Part shown: one piece after another, positions 19,440-29,408 of the stretch
Layout: each line of letters starts with the position of its first letter
Numbering within the stretch: the first letter of the stretch is position 1
NCBI GenBank assembly: GCA_963850305.1
Contig: CAWKKR010000008.1
Span: forward strand, 448,001-512,000
Direction: 5' to 3'
Source: an uncultured delta proteobacterium
Lineage (GTDB): Bacteria > Myxococcota_A > Polyangia > Polyangiales > Polyangiaceae
DNA: 64,000 nt
The notes under the pieces: model-generated
What the model saw: the letters and a program-made list of their open reading frames with translations, nothing else
Told to the model about the DNA's origin: nothing
Database searches by the model: none
Position numbers and translations under genes: made by a program

Positions 19440-20180
19440 ACCGATAACTGCTTCACGCAGCGCGACGAGGCGTCCGTCGGCCGTGATACCCGCTTCTCGT
19501 GCTATGAGGACCCCTCCGTCCGCCGCGATAAGTGGATCACGCGCCGTGAGGACGCGTCCGTCGGCCGTGATACCCACTTCACACGTCGTGAGGACACCTC
19601 CGTCGGCCGTGATAACCCCTTCACACGTCGTGAGGACACCTCCGTCGGCAGCGCGGACGCGTTCTCACGGCCGTGAGACCCGCTTCACACGTCGTGAGGA
19701 CACCTCCGTCGGCCGTGAGACCCGCTTCGCACGTCGTGAGGACACCTCCGTCGGCCGTGATAACCCCTTCACACGCCGTGAGGACACCTCCGTCGGCAGC
19801 GCGGACGCGTTCTCACGGCCGTGAGACTCGCTTCACACGCCGTGCGGACACGTCCGTCGGCCGTGATAACCCCTTCACACGCCGTGAGGACACCTCCGTC
19901 GGCCGTGGTAACCCCTTCACACGTCGTGAGGACACCTCCGTCGGCCGTGAGACCCGCTTCACACGCCGTGAGGACACCTCCGTCGGCAGCGCGGACGCGT
20001 CCTCACGGCCGTGAGACCCGCTTCACACGCCGTGAGGACACCTCCGTCGGCCGTGAGACCCGCCTCACACGCCGTGAGGACACGTCCGTCGGCCGTGATA
20101 CCCGCTTCACACGCCGTGAGGACACGTCCGTCGGCCGTGAGACCCGCTTCACGCGCCGTGAGGACGCTTTCTCGCGGGCG
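19440..20180. repeat. Array of ~35 21-bp units (alternating A/B forming a 42-bp unit, with three 22-bp C units)
   Basis: A=cgtgaggacacctccgtcggc, B=cgtgagacccgcttcacacgy or cgtgataaccccttcacacgy, C=agcgcggacgcgttctcacggc at 19650, 19798, 19988. Confidence 0.92.
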
Positions 20181-20247
20181 AGCGAACCGATCACTCCGCC
20201 GCGGGACTCGACTACCACGCCGCGTGGGGCCGTTCGCGCTCGTGGCC

Positions 20248-21699
20248 TCAAGCCGAAAATTCCATCACTCCGTCTTCCACGGCGCCAAGTTTGAGGCTGA
20301 CCGTGTCGAGCGCGTAGTTTTGGTGGAGCCTCCAGGGGGCGCGCGAACCCTGTTTTGGAAACTTGTCGAGCGAGCGTTGTATGTAGCTCGATGAAAAGTC
20401 GATCCACGACTCTCTCTCGATGGTCGGATCGTTCGCGCGCGGCGTGCATTGCCGATAGCCGCGGCGCTTCATGCGATTGAGCAGGCGACAGACGTATTCG
20501 CACGTCAGATCGCACTTCAACGTCCAGGATGCGTTCGTGTATCCGACGCAGGCGGCGAGGTTGGGGACGTCGCTGTACATCATTCCCTTGTAGCTCATGG
20601 TGTCCTTCATCTCGACGCGCCGGCCATCGACGGTCAGCTCCACGCCACCCATGACTTTCAGCTCGAGACCCGTCGCCGTGACGACGAGATCCGCATCGAG
20701 GTCGGCGCCGGAGCGGAGCTTGATTCCCGTCTCCGTGAAGGTCTCGATGTGGCCGGTGACGACGGACGCGTGGCCGTCCCGGATTGCCTTGAAGAGATCC
20801 CCGTCCGGCACGAGACACACGCGCTGATCCCACGGGTTGTAGCGCGGGGTGAAATGCGTCTCGACGTCGTAGTTCGGGCCGAGCTGCGCTCTGACACCGC
20901 GGAGGATCAGTTCTTTGATCCGCTCGGGCCGCCGCTTGCTCATCTGGAAGAAGAACATCCCGAGCGCCACGTTCTTCCACCGCGTGACGTCGTAAGCGAC
21001 GTGTGACGGCACGCGCCCGCGCAGCCAGGCGGCGACCGGGTCCTCTTGCGGGCGCGAGATGACGTACGTCGGGGAACGCTGGAGCATCGTGACGTGCGCG
21101 GCGGATTTCGCCATCGCGGGTACGAGCGTGACGGCGGTCGCGCCGCTGCCGATCACGACGACGCGCTGTTGCTCGTACTCCACGTCCGCAGTCCACTTTT
21201 GGGGATGAACGACCCGCCCGCGGAACCGCTCGATGCCCGGGAAGCTCGGCGTGTAGCCGTCCGCGTAATCGTAGTAACCCGAGCACGCCAGGAAGAAGTT
21301 GCACGTGTAATGCACGACCTCTTTCTCGGCACCGCGTTCGACGTCGACCGTCCACTTCGCGTCCTGGGACGACCAGGACGCGCGCACGACTCGTTCGTGA
21401 AGCCTGATCTTGCGATCGATGCCGTAGTCCTTCGCGGTCTGCTGGAGATACGCGAGGATGGCCGGGCCGTCCGCGATCGCTTTCGGGTTCGTCCAGGGAC
21501 GGAACGAATACCCGAGCGTGTACATGTCGGAATCGGAGCGAATGCCCGGATACCGGAACAGATCCCACGTGCCGCCCAGGGCACCGCGCGCCTCGAGGAT
21601 CGCGAAGGATCGGTCCGCGCATCGGGTCTGCAGGTGGTACGCGGCGCCGATGCCCGAGATGCCGGCACCCACGATGAGCACGTCGAAATGTTCGGTCAT
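20248..21699 (-). CDS. FAD-dependent Baeyer-Villiger monooxygenase (EthA/AlmA-like)
   Basis: IVGAGISG, GGTWDLFRYPGIRSDSD, FRGRVVHPQKW, VIGSGATAVT, LQRSPTY, YNPWDQR. Confidence 0.92.
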   Translation of the reverse strand: MTEHFDVLIVGAGISGIGAAYHLQTRCADRSFAILEARGALGGTWDLFRYPGIRSDSDMYTLGYSFRPWTNPKAIADGPAILAYLQQTAKDYGIDRKIRLHERVVRASWSSQDAKWTVDVERGAEKEVVHYTCNFFLACSGYYDYADGYTPSFPGIERFRGRVVHPQKWTADVEYEQQRVVVIGSGATAVTLVPAMAKSAAHVTMLQRSPTYVISRPQEDPVAAWLRGRVPSHVAYDVTRWKNVALGMFFFQMSKRRPERIKELILRGVRAQLGPNYDVETHFTPRYNPWDQRVCLVPDGDLFKAIRDGHASVVTGHIETFTETGIKLRSGADLDADLVVTATGLELKVMGGVELTVDGRRVEMKDTMSYKGMMYSDVPNLAACVGYTNASWTLKCDLTCEYVCRLLNRMKRRGYRQCTPRANDPTIERESWIDFSSSYIQRSLDKFPKQGSRAPWRLHQNYALDTVSLKLGAVEDGVMEFSA

Positions 21700-21704
21700 G
21701 AGCG

Positions 21705-23294
21705 TCACTTCATGCCGTGACCCTTGCCGACGATCACCTTCCACGCGGCGTCGACACTCCAGTCGTCGTGGACATGGGGCGGATGGTGACACGCGGGGGC
21801 GCACAATGATTTCGGCGGACTCTTGATGATGGTGCCGAGCTTCGTCGGGTCGTCTTCATGGAGGGAGCCGGGGCCGTGGCAGACCTCGCACTGTACGTTT
21901 TCCAGCCCGGCAACGTGTGTGACGGTCGAGCCGCCCGGCTTTTCGTAACCGGTAACGTGGCACGAAACGCAATCCAGGTTGAACTCCTTGTGCTGCTTGG
22001 AGAGCGCCGCGTAGGCGCCCGCATGAGGCGTGTGCTGCCAGAACTTGTACTCTTCGTCGTGGCAGCCGGCGCACGTGTCGATCCCCACGTACGAGGCTTC
22101 GCCCTTGGGAACCGGCGGCGGAAGCCGGTCCTTGAACGCGTCGCGATTGTGATCGTTCACCCGCGCGTAATAGTCGTCGATGCGGCGCTGGACTCCGGGT
22201 GCAGTGCCGAGCGTGTCGTGGATCGCCTCCGACCGATACCGGAAGAAGCTACCCTCCACCGGCGGCTCCTCGGCGGGCAAGGCGGCGAGATCCTGCCGGA
22301 GGTGGCCGAGGTCCTTCTTTCGCGCGGCGATGTCCGCGGCGCTCGCGCCTTTGGCTCCGCCGTCGCCGACACGCCGCTCGATATCGAGGATTCTCTGTTC
22401 GAGGCTCTGGCGTTGCTCGATGGCGGAAATGCCGGTTCCGTCCTTGAAGTCGAACGAGCCGCGGACGAACAGATCGAGGACGGCGACGCCCTGGATGTGG
22501 TTGGGCGCCTGGATGACGAGCGTGTCGCCGACAAGCTCCGGGGGGATGGTCGGGTCGTTGCCGTCTCCCTTGTCGTAAGGTTTGCCGACCACGAAGGCCT
22601 GAAAGCCGGGAACGAGCTCCGCTAGCCTGAGCGCGCGCCCCCGTTCGACCGCCACCAGCGCGACGAGGACCTGCGCGTTCTGTTTCCGGAGGTCGGCCAG
22701 GGCGGCGACGAGCGCTGCTTTCGGGTCGCTCACCGTGACACCAGCAGGAAGCCCCAGCGGCCCGGATGGATCGCTGACGCCCGCGAGCCCGACGCGATAC
22801 CCGTTGATCTCGATGACGCGCGTCGCTTTCGCGCCGGCGGTCGCGCCGCTCAGGTTACCGGCAAGCAGGTCCGCGCGCGCGAGCTTTGCCAGGCGTTCCA
22901 GCTCGGGAGCCCCCGCCGCCCAATCGTTTTCGCCCGGCGCCCACGCGACGAGGCCCATGTCGCCGAGGGACGCCGCGAGCGCTTCGGCTTTCCAGAGATC
23001 CTGGGTCGCGTGACCAGGCTCGCTGGCGGGATCCAGGAACAGCATGGGCCCTGCACCGACGACCAGGGAGTGGGGGGCGTCCTTCTTCTGGGCTTGGACG
23101 AAAGCGGTTGCATGATTAACACCGCCCAGTTGGTCCTTCGTACAGCCGCAGGGTTCGAGCGCCCCGGCAGCGGTCGAGACGACGTAGAGGCGTATGGTCG
23201 GCGTGACGGTCGCACCGGCCGCCGCCGCCGGTGTTCGCCGGCAAGAAGCGATCGCCATCGCGAGCGTGACGAGGACGACCCACCGGCGCGTCAT
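21705..23294 (-). CDS. Exported 5'-nucleotidase-fold / multiheme cytochrome c fusion protein
   Basis: Lipobox IASC; GALEPCGC..QLGG; C-terminal CAGCH, CVSCH, CEVCH, CAPACH. Confidence 0.85.
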   Translation of the reverse strand: MTRRWVVLVTLAMAIASCRRTPAAAAGATVTPTIRLYVVSTAAGALEPCGCTKDQLGGVNHATAFVQAQKKDAPHSLVVGAGPMLFLDPASEPGHATQDLWKAEALAASLGDMGLVAWAPGENDWAAGAPELERLAKLARADLLAGNLSGATAGAKATRVIEINGYRVGLAGVSDPSGPLGLPAGVTVSDPKAALVAALADLRKQNAQVLVALVAVERGRALRLAELVPGFQAFVVGKPYDKGDGNDPTIPPELVGDTLVIQAPNHIQGVAVLDLFVRGSFDFKDGTGISAIEQRQSLEQRILDIERRVGDGGAKGASAADIAARKKDLGHLRQDLAALPAEEPPVEGSFFRYRSEAIHDTLGTAPGVQRRIDDYYARVNDHNRDAFKDRLPPPVPKGEASYVGIDTCAGCHDEEYKFWQHTPHAGAYAALSKQHKEFNLDCVSCHVTGYEKPGGSTVTHVAGLENVQCEVCHGPGSLHEDDPTKLGTIIKSPPKSLCAPACHHPPHVHDDWSVDAAWKVIVGKGHGMK

Positions 23295-24757
23295 GGCCTC
23301 GGCGCGAACGGCAGAATGCTCTTCAGGTCTTCGTCGTTGAAGCGGAGATTCAGGCCCACGAAATAGTCTCTTCGATCGTAGCTCAGGATGTCGTCGGCAC
23401 CGCCGAGCAACCATAGCCTTTTGACGAACGCATAGCTCAGGAAGACGCGCCACCGGGGCAACACGGTTTCGCCGAAGCCGAAGAGATCTTGAACGAGCTC
23501 GAGTCTATCGTCGAGAACCAGGAGATCGAGTCCCACGCCGCCCGTCGATTCCTTGATCCCGAACCTTCCGACGAACGGACCGACCCGCTGGGCGAACTGC
23601 AAGCTGAAGCGCAGGCCATTCGTCGTGACGGTACGGATTTCTCGGTACTGCGGGGGATCCGCGGGGTTGGTAGTTTGAACCGTCGTATCCTGGATGCTCG
23701 TGCTGCCGCGCGGGTCGTTCACGACCTCGATCGAGTAGTACTTATCCTCGCGCGGCTGGAGCCGGAGCTCCACGAAGCTCTTCACGGTCTGCGAGCGGAA
23801 CTGAAAATCACTCCGGAGCGAGACGATCGTCTGAAGGCGAGATATGCCCCCCACGAAGTCGCCGACGTCTTCCGCCACACCCTGAACCTCGTTGATGAGC
23901 TTGTCGTCCTTGCTCAGACGCCCGAGAGTGCCTTCGCCCCGCTCGATCCGCCCGGTGACGGTCTTCAGGCTCGCGAGCGTGTCCTCCAGGCTCGAGCTGG
24001 CGTGATTGACCCTGTCGACGATGTCGCGGATCTCGCCCTGCGACGCCCCGTTGCCGTTGCCGGTCTTCGCGACGAGCTCACGAACGTTTTCGGTCACCGC
24101 GCGGGTGTTCTCGAGAATCCGATCGACGTCCGGCGCGCCCTTCGTCGTGATGGTCTGGACCTGCGAAAGGATGCTGTGAATCGACTCGCGGTTTTCGCGG
24201 ACGGTCTTGTTCAGCGCGTCCGTCACGTCGGCGAGGTTCTGCAGGGTGTCGCGCATGTTGCTCTGCCCCTGCGGCGTGCCGACGGTGTTCACCAGCGCCT
24301 CGGCGACTCGATTGATCTTCTCCGCGAGGTGCGCCACGTCGCGCAGGATTTCATCGGTGGTCGTCGCTTCGATGACGTTGCGGATCTCGTCACCGTCCTT
24401 CAGCCTGCGAAGCCCCTCCGTCCCCGGCACGATGGCGATGTAATATTCTCCGAGAAGGCTCGCGCTGCTCTTGATGACCGCCGCGTCATCGAAGAGCGCC
24501 ACGTCGGGACGAATCTTCATGTCGATGCGAGCCTTGCCCTGTTCCAGCCGGATCCCCGTGATCTGCCCGACGCCGATGCCCGCGACGCGTACGAGGGAAC
24601 GATTCGCAATGCCGCTCGCGTCGGCCATGCGCACGAACACGGTGTACCCTTGGTCGCTGCCGCCGGTCTGACGGACGAAGCGGTAGATGGCGAACCCGGC
24701 GACGAGCATGATGACGGTGAAGGCCCCGACCTTTGCGGCAAGCGTGAACCGTCTCAT
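23291..24757 (-). CDS. mlaD: MlaD/MCE family protein
   Basis: N-terminal TM, DASGI...VRVAGIGVGQI, SLLGEYYI..PG, helical region, GEGTLGRL, beta-rich C-terminus. Confidence 0.88.
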   Translation of the reverse strand: MRRFTLAAKVGAFTVIMLVAGFAIYRFVRQTGGSDQGYTVFVRMADASGIANRSLVRVAGIGVGQITGIRLEQGKARIDMKIRPDVALFDDAAVIKSSASLLGEYYIAIVPGTEGLRRLKDGDEIRNVIEATTTDEILRDVAHLAEKINRVAEALVNTVGTPQGQSNMRDTLQNLADVTDALNKTVRENRESIHSILSQVQTITTKGAPDVDRILENTRAVTENVRELVAKTGNGNGASQGEIRDIVDRVNHASSSLEDTLASLKTVTGRIERGEGTLGRLSKDDKLINEVQGVAEDVGDFVGGISRLQTIVSLRSDFQFRSQTVKSFVELRLQPREDKYYSIEVVNDPRGSTSIQDTTVQTTNPADPPQYREIRTVTTNGLRFSLQFAQRVGPFVGRFGIKESTGGVGLDLLVLDDRLELVQDLFGFGETVLPRWRVFLSYAFVKRLWLLGGADDILSYDRRDYFVGLNLRFNDEDLKSILPFAPRP

Positions 24758-24815
24758 CGTCGCTCGAGCGAAACTACCAGGGGAACCTCTCGGGGTCGAC
24801 TTCCGCACCACCTCG

Positions 24816-26072
24816 ATGCGACGGAAAAAGGTCGTGCTTCTGCTCGCCCCCATCGCATTGGGTTGCGCGGTCTTCGCCGTCGGATGCGCGGCTCCGTCCG
24901 CCGAGACGCCCGTCCGAGCCAAAGTCGCCGGCTTTGACGCGAGAGCGGGGGTCCGCGCGTCGATGGCCGTGCCCGCCTGGCGGGACACCATCGCGTCGCC
25001 GACGCCAGGAGCCAGCGACGCAGAACTATCGTTCTGCGGGGACGCGGACGCGGCGCTCACGGATGTAGCGACTCAGCTTGCGCGAAGAGCCGCACGCGGC
25101 GAACCCGAGGTCGACGCTCCCGAGATCGACTTCGACCTGCGGCGAGCGGGCTCGCCCCTCGTGTGGCCACATGTATGGACGCTTTCCGGCGCGTCCCCTG
25201 GCGACGCGCCCGACCGGTTGCGTGCATTCCTGCAGACGCTTCCGCCTCAGGGCAATCGCCGGTGTGGCGTCGCCCGGGCGCTCGCAAGAGACCACACCGA
25301 GACCGTCGCGGCGGTCGTGACGGACGCCGTGGCCGATCTCGACCCTACCCCCGTCCGGGTGCACGCCGGTCAGTGGATCCGGATCACCGCACGGCTCCTG
25401 GTTCCCGCGACCAGCGCCAAGCTCGTCGTGCTCGGTCCGTTCGGGCCGCCGCGCATCCTCCCGACCACGCTGCACGGGGACCGGATCGAGTCGACGTTCG
25501 CCGTCGACCGAGAGGGAGCGTGGAGCGCGCAGGTCCTCGCGACGCTCTCGTCCGGACCGAGACCCGTTCTCGAGGCGACCCTCTTTGCCGACGCCGAACC
25601 CCCGCGATCCTTCGGCGGTTCGAGCGCCCCCGGAGAAGACGCGGGTCGCGGCGAGACCGACGACGCAAACCGTCTTTTTGCGATGCTCGAGGACGCTCGG
25701 CGCTTGGACGGTCTGGCCTCGATGACTCGGAACACCGCCCTCGACGCCCTTGCCGTATCCCACGCCCGGGCGATGCATGCGCGGCGACTTCTCGCGCACG
25801 ACGCAGGCGACGGCAGTCCCACGGAACGCCTCCGCGGCGTTTCGGTGTCGCGTTTCGGAGAGAACGTCGCACACGCCGCTGACGTCCGTGGTGCCCACCG
25901 GATCCTCTGGGCGAGCCCCTCGCACCGCGGAAACCTGCTCGATCCGAGCTTCGACGCCGTCGGCGTCGGAGTCGATCGCGACGAGGACGGGAGCGTATGG
26001 GTTTGCGAGGTCTTCGGGGATTTCGCGGGGGACCGAACTCGGCGCTTTCAAACCACGCGCGGGACGGAGTAG
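24816..26072 (+). CDS. CAP (SCP) domain lipoprotein
   Basis: Lipobox AVGC; LAVSHARAM, FGENVA, SPSHRGNLL, VGVGV. Confidence 0.85.
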   Translation: MRRKKVVLLLAPIALGCAVFAVGCAAPSAETPVRAKVAGFDARAGVRASMAVPAWRDTIASPTPGASDAELSFCGDADAALTDVATQLARRAARGEPEVDAPEIDFDLRRAGSPLVWPHVWTLSGASPGDAPDRLRAFLQTLPPQGNRRCGVARALARDHTETVAAVVTDAVADLDPTPVRVHAGQWIRITARLLVPATSAKLVVLGPFGPPRILPTTLHGDRIESTFAVDREGAWSAQVLATLSSGPRPVLEATLFADAEPPRSFGGSSAPGEDAGRGETDDANRLFAMLEDARRLDGLASMTRNTALDALAVSHARAMHARRLLAHDAGDGSPTERLRGVSVSRFGENVAHAADVRGAHRILWASPSHRGNLLDPSFDAVGVGVDRDEDGSVWVCEVFGDFAGDRTRRFQTTRGTE

Positions 26073-26083
26073 GTTCACCCGCT

Positions 26084-27868
26084 GTGACGGACGAAGGAAG
26101 CACCGTCGGGCGCAGAAGGCGGGCTCGGGGCCTGGCCAGGATCCTGGCGGCTGCCGCTACCGGGTCGGCGACGCTGCTCGCGCCCGCAGCTCGGGCGCAG
26201 CAGACGACATTCTATCTCGATCGGGCGCAGTTTTCGGGTGCGCCCGACGACGGCGCGGTGGTCTTTCGGCCGTATCTGTCCGACAAGACGCGGTACTACG
26301 CGAACGCCACGCTGGGCTATACGCTGCATCCGCTGCGCAATTCGAACGTCACGGACAACACGGCCCTCCAGCAGCTGATTGAAAACCCGGTCGACAATCA
26401 GCTCATCATGCACCTCGCCGTGGGGGCCGAATTTTTCGGTCGGTTCGGCCTTGAGCTCGCTCTGCCGATCACCGTATTCCAAAACGGCGGCAGGGATCCG
26501 AGCGAGGCGAGCGACGGAACGGCGACGGGGATCGGCGGGGGATTGCAGCGGACGCCGTTCGTCATGGACGACCTTCGGTTGAGCGCGAAGGTGCGCGTTT
26601 ACCAGTCCGACGACCGGAAGCTGCAACTCGGCGTGGGCGGCGCGGTCTTCGTCCCGACCGGAAACGCGACCGCGTTCGGGGGGGACAACCAGGCGACCGG
26701 GTATCTCTGGGGCAGCGGTGAATACAATTTCGGCGCGTTCACGCTCGCCGGCACTCTGGGACCGCACTTTCGCCCGAACTCCGGCATCGACGATGGCAAC
26801 AAGGGCGGGCTCGACGTGGGCTCCGAGCTCAGGTGGGCGGGGGGAGTATTCTTCCCGCTGCGGAGAGGTGACGTCCGGCTGGGTGCCTCTTTGTGGGGCA
26901 CAACCGGCATCGTCCAGGGCGCCACGACGGACCGCAGCACGTTTTTCAGTACGAACAACACCGATCTCGAGTGGCTCGGCGAAATCCGGTTCCGGTTGAG
27001 CAAGCAGCCGGAGACATCGACGGTTCAGCCCTTCAATTGGTACTTCAACGGCGGGCTCGGCACACGCCTCACCGCGGGCTACGGCGCGCCGGACGTCCGC
27101 ATGTTCGCCTCGATCGGCACGTGGTCGTCGCTGCTCGACTTCGGTCCGGGACAAGCCGCGCCCCGCCGTCAGCCACCGGACGTCGAGATGCACGACAAGG
27201 ATACCGACGGGGACGGTTATCCGGACGACATCGACGAGTGTCCGACGGAAAAGGAGGACGGCAAGCCGCCCAACCCGACGGATGGGTGCCCGGCACCGAA
27301 GGATCGCGACGGGGACGGCATCCCGGACGACGTCGACAAGTGCCCCGATCAGCCGGAGGACAAGGACGGCATCATGGACGATGACGGCTGTCCGGAAACG
27401 GATGCCGACAACGATGGCATTCCGGATACCGAAGACGCATGCCCGCTGATTCCTGGAGTCCCGAACAAGGATCCGAAGAAGAACGGCTGCAAGGAAGAGC
27501 ACAAGAAGATCATCGAGACCACGAACGGCCTCCAGCTCCTCGAACCGATCCAGTTCGACACCGGCAAGAGCACGATCAAGGAAGCCTCTTTCTCCGTGCT
27601 CGACGAGGTCGTGGACGTCCTCAATTCGAGACCCGACATCCGCATGGGTGTGTACGGCAACACCGACAGTCACGGCAGCCACGCGATGAACACGCAGCTC
27701 AGCAAGAGCCGGGCCCGGGCCGTCGTCGCCTACCTCGTACAGAAGGGCATCGCGAAGAGCCGGCTCGAATCCGACGGATTCGGCCCCGACAAGCCCGTCG
27801 ATACGAACGACACGGAAGAGGGACGCGCGAAGAACCGGCGCGTCGACTTCAAGATCCTCGAGAAGTGA
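26084..27868 (+). CDS. Beta-barrel + TSP3 repeats + OmpA domain protein (TraB-like architecture)
   Basis: DxDGDGxPDxxDxCP repeats; IQFDTGKS, GNTDS, LSKSRARAV, NRRVDF. Confidence 0.9.
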   Translation: MTDEGSTVGRRRRARGLARILAAAATGSATLLAPAARAQQTTFYLDRAQFSGAPDDGAVVFRPYLSDKTRYYANATLGYTLHPLRNSNVTDNTALQQLIENPVDNQLIMHLAVGAEFFGRFGLELALPITVFQNGGRDPSEASDGTATGIGGGLQRTPFVMDDLRLSAKVRVYQSDDRKLQLGVGGAVFVPTGNATAFGGDNQATGYLWGSGEYNFGAFTLAGTLGPHFRPNSGIDDGNKGGLDVGSELRWAGGVFFPLRRGDVRLGASLWGTTGIVQGATTDRSTFFSTNNTDLEWLGEIRFRLSKQPETSTVQPFNWYFNGGLGTRLTAGYGAPDVRMFASIGTWSSLLDFGPGQAAPRRQPPDVEMHDKDTDGDGYPDDIDECPTEKEDGKPPNPTDGCPAPKDRDGDGIPDDVDKCPDQPEDKDGIMDDDGCPETDADNDGIPDTEDACPLIPGVPNKDPKKNGCKEEHKKIIETTNGLQLLEPIQFDTGKSTIKEASFSVLDEVVDVLNSRPDIRMGVYGNTDSHGSHAMNTQLSKSRARAVVAYLVQKGIAKSRLESDGFGPDKPVDTNDTEEGRAKNRRVDFKILEK

Positions 27869-27884
27869 ACCGGCGGGCTAGGTA

Positions 27885-28134
27885 AAGGGGGTCTTGACCC
27901 CCGCGGCTCGCTTCGCAACCGCTCCCCCGCCTGGGTCCCGGGGGGGCCTTAGCCCCCCGCGGCTTGCTTCGCAACCGCTCCCCCCGCCTGGGTCCCGGGG
28001 GGGCCGGGCCTTAGCCCCCCGCGGCTTGCTTCGCAACCGCTCCCCCCGCCGCCTTCGGCGGGCTCGCTCCGCTCGCGTAGTTCCGCAGCTCTTTGATTCC
28101 TCGGGGACGACGCTGCTTGTCGATGCGGAACTAC
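27885..28134 (+). repeat. Dispersed repeat family copy 2: three hairpin units plus GTAG...CTAC module
   Basis: Starts with aagggggtcttgacccccgcggctcgcttcgc as at 9413; ends GTAGTTCCGCA...TGCGGAACTAC (perfect 11-bp IR, 28077-28134). Confidence 0.9.
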
Positions 28135-28298
28135 TTGCTGTGCGGAGGCATCTTCGCCTCCTTGAAGACGACGTGCTCGCGCTTGACGGGATCGTACTTC
28201 TTCAGCTCGAGCTTGTTCGTCTGAGTGCGCTTGTTTTTCGTCGTGTAGTAGATGAAGCCGGTGCCGGCTGACGAAACGAGGCGGATGTTCTCTCGCAT
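28131..28298 (-). CDS. rpmG: 50S ribosomal protein L33 (Cys-free form)
   Basis: [47 protein letters not shown]. Confidence 0.96.
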   Translation of the reverse strand: MRENIRLVSSAGTGFIYYTTKNKRTQTNKLELKKYDPVKREHVVFKEAKMPPHSK

Positions 28299-28580
28299 GA
28301 CGACGGGGCCAAGTATCATTCGAGGCGGAGCCCGGCAAGCTTCGTCGCCATGATGCAGGGCCCGCCGCAGTGAGGCCGCCGGAGTGGTGAACATCCACTC
28401 AGCATCAGCTGGCGGCGAGGCGCTTCCGGCCCGGAGTGGCTTGACGGAGCCTTCCGAGCATGGCTGACTCCCGGCCTTCGAGCGGGAGAAGCCGCATTTT
28501 CGCACCCGAGCAACCTCGCCCACACCATTTTCCACTCGGCCGCGCCCGACCGTCACCCCTTCTAGTAAGGGCGATATCCA

Positions 28581-28730
28581 ATGAAGCGAACGTATCAGCC
28601 CCACAATCTCAGCCGCGTCCGAACCCACGGTTTTCGAAGGCGCCTGCGTTCGAAAGGGGGCCGTAACGTCCTCAAGAACCGCAGGCAAAAAGGCCGGTGG
28701 CGCTTGAGTGTGACGGCTTACAAGAAGTAG
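28581..28730 (+). CDS. rpmH: 50S ribosomal protein L34
   Basis: Not in ORF track; read manually: [49 protein letters not shown]. Confidence 0.96.
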   Translation: MKRTYQPHNLSRVRTHGFRRRLRSKGGRNVLKNRRQKGRWRLSVTAYKK

Positions 28731-29155
28731 TGCCGGGTGCGAGCCCCGTCGGACGGTTCCCGCCCGCCCAGCGCGTGCGCAAGCGCCGCGAATTCAGGGC
28801 GGCTCAGGATCAGGGACGAAAGGCCAACACACCACACTTCGTTCTTCTCTTGTTCGCCCGAGGCGAGTCGGGACCGACGCGGCTCGGAGTCGTGGCCTCG
28901 CGAAAAGTCGGATCAGCAGTTACCCGTAATCGCGCGAAGCGACTGATCCGAGAGGCATTTCGCGCAACCCGAGACCTGTTCATGCCCGGAATCGACCTCG
29001 TCGTCATCGTCCGCAAGAGCCCAGGTGGACTCACCCTCGACACCGTCGCGAACGAGTGGCGTCGCGCTGCGGACGTCATCGACAGACGCATGTCGGAGGC
29101 TCGCGTGGACCTCGAGCGGCGACTGGCGAGCGCGATCGACCGGAGCGCCCAGTGA
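28730..29155 (+). CDS. rnpA: Ribonuclease P protein component
   Basis: [33 protein letters not shown]; follows rpmH. Confidence 0.93.
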   Translation: MPGASPVGRFPPAQRVRKRREFRAAQDQGRKANTPHFVLLLFARGESGPTRLGVVASRKVGSAVTRNRAKRLIREAFRATRDLFMPGIDLVVIVRKSPGGLTLDTVANEWRRAADVIDRRMSEARVDLERRLASAIDRSAQ

Positions 29156-29397
29156 GCCAGTTGCTCGTCCTCCTCATCCGAGCGTACCGGCTCCTTCTGT
29201 CTCCGCTGCTGGGGCCATCCTGTCGGTTCGAGCCATCGTGCTCGGTCTACGCCATCGCCTGCATCGAACGTCACGGCGTCATCCACGGGGGATGGCTGTC
29301 GATTCGCCGCTTGTTGCGGTGCCATCCATGGAACCCGGGCGGGCACGATCCGCCGCCGCTCCACCAGCACGACGGCCGCGCGCCGCACCAGGCCTGA
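29152..29397 (+). CDS. yidD: Membrane protein insertion efficiency factor YidD
   Basis: YRLLLSPLLGPSCRFEPSCSVYA...RRLLRCHPWNPGGHDP. Confidence 0.95.
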   Translation: MSQLLVLLIRAYRLLLSPLLGPSCRFEPSCSVYAIACIERHGVIHGGWLSIRRLLRCHPWNPGGHDPPPLHQHDGRAPHQA

Positions 29398-29408
29398 GAA
29401 GGTAGATC

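Noticed and set aside
19440..20180. CRISPR array, or the four short repeat-derived ORFs as real genes
   Set aside because: Intervening 21-mers are themselves repeated variants; the ORFs are by-products of the periodicity and lack convincing starts
23130..23170. Selenocysteine in the CxC motif of the multiheme protein
   Set aside because: The codons are TGC GGC TGT; there is no in-frame TGA
28299..28580. oriC upstream of rpmH
   Set aside because: No TTATCCACA boxes, no AT-rich unwinding element and no dnaA
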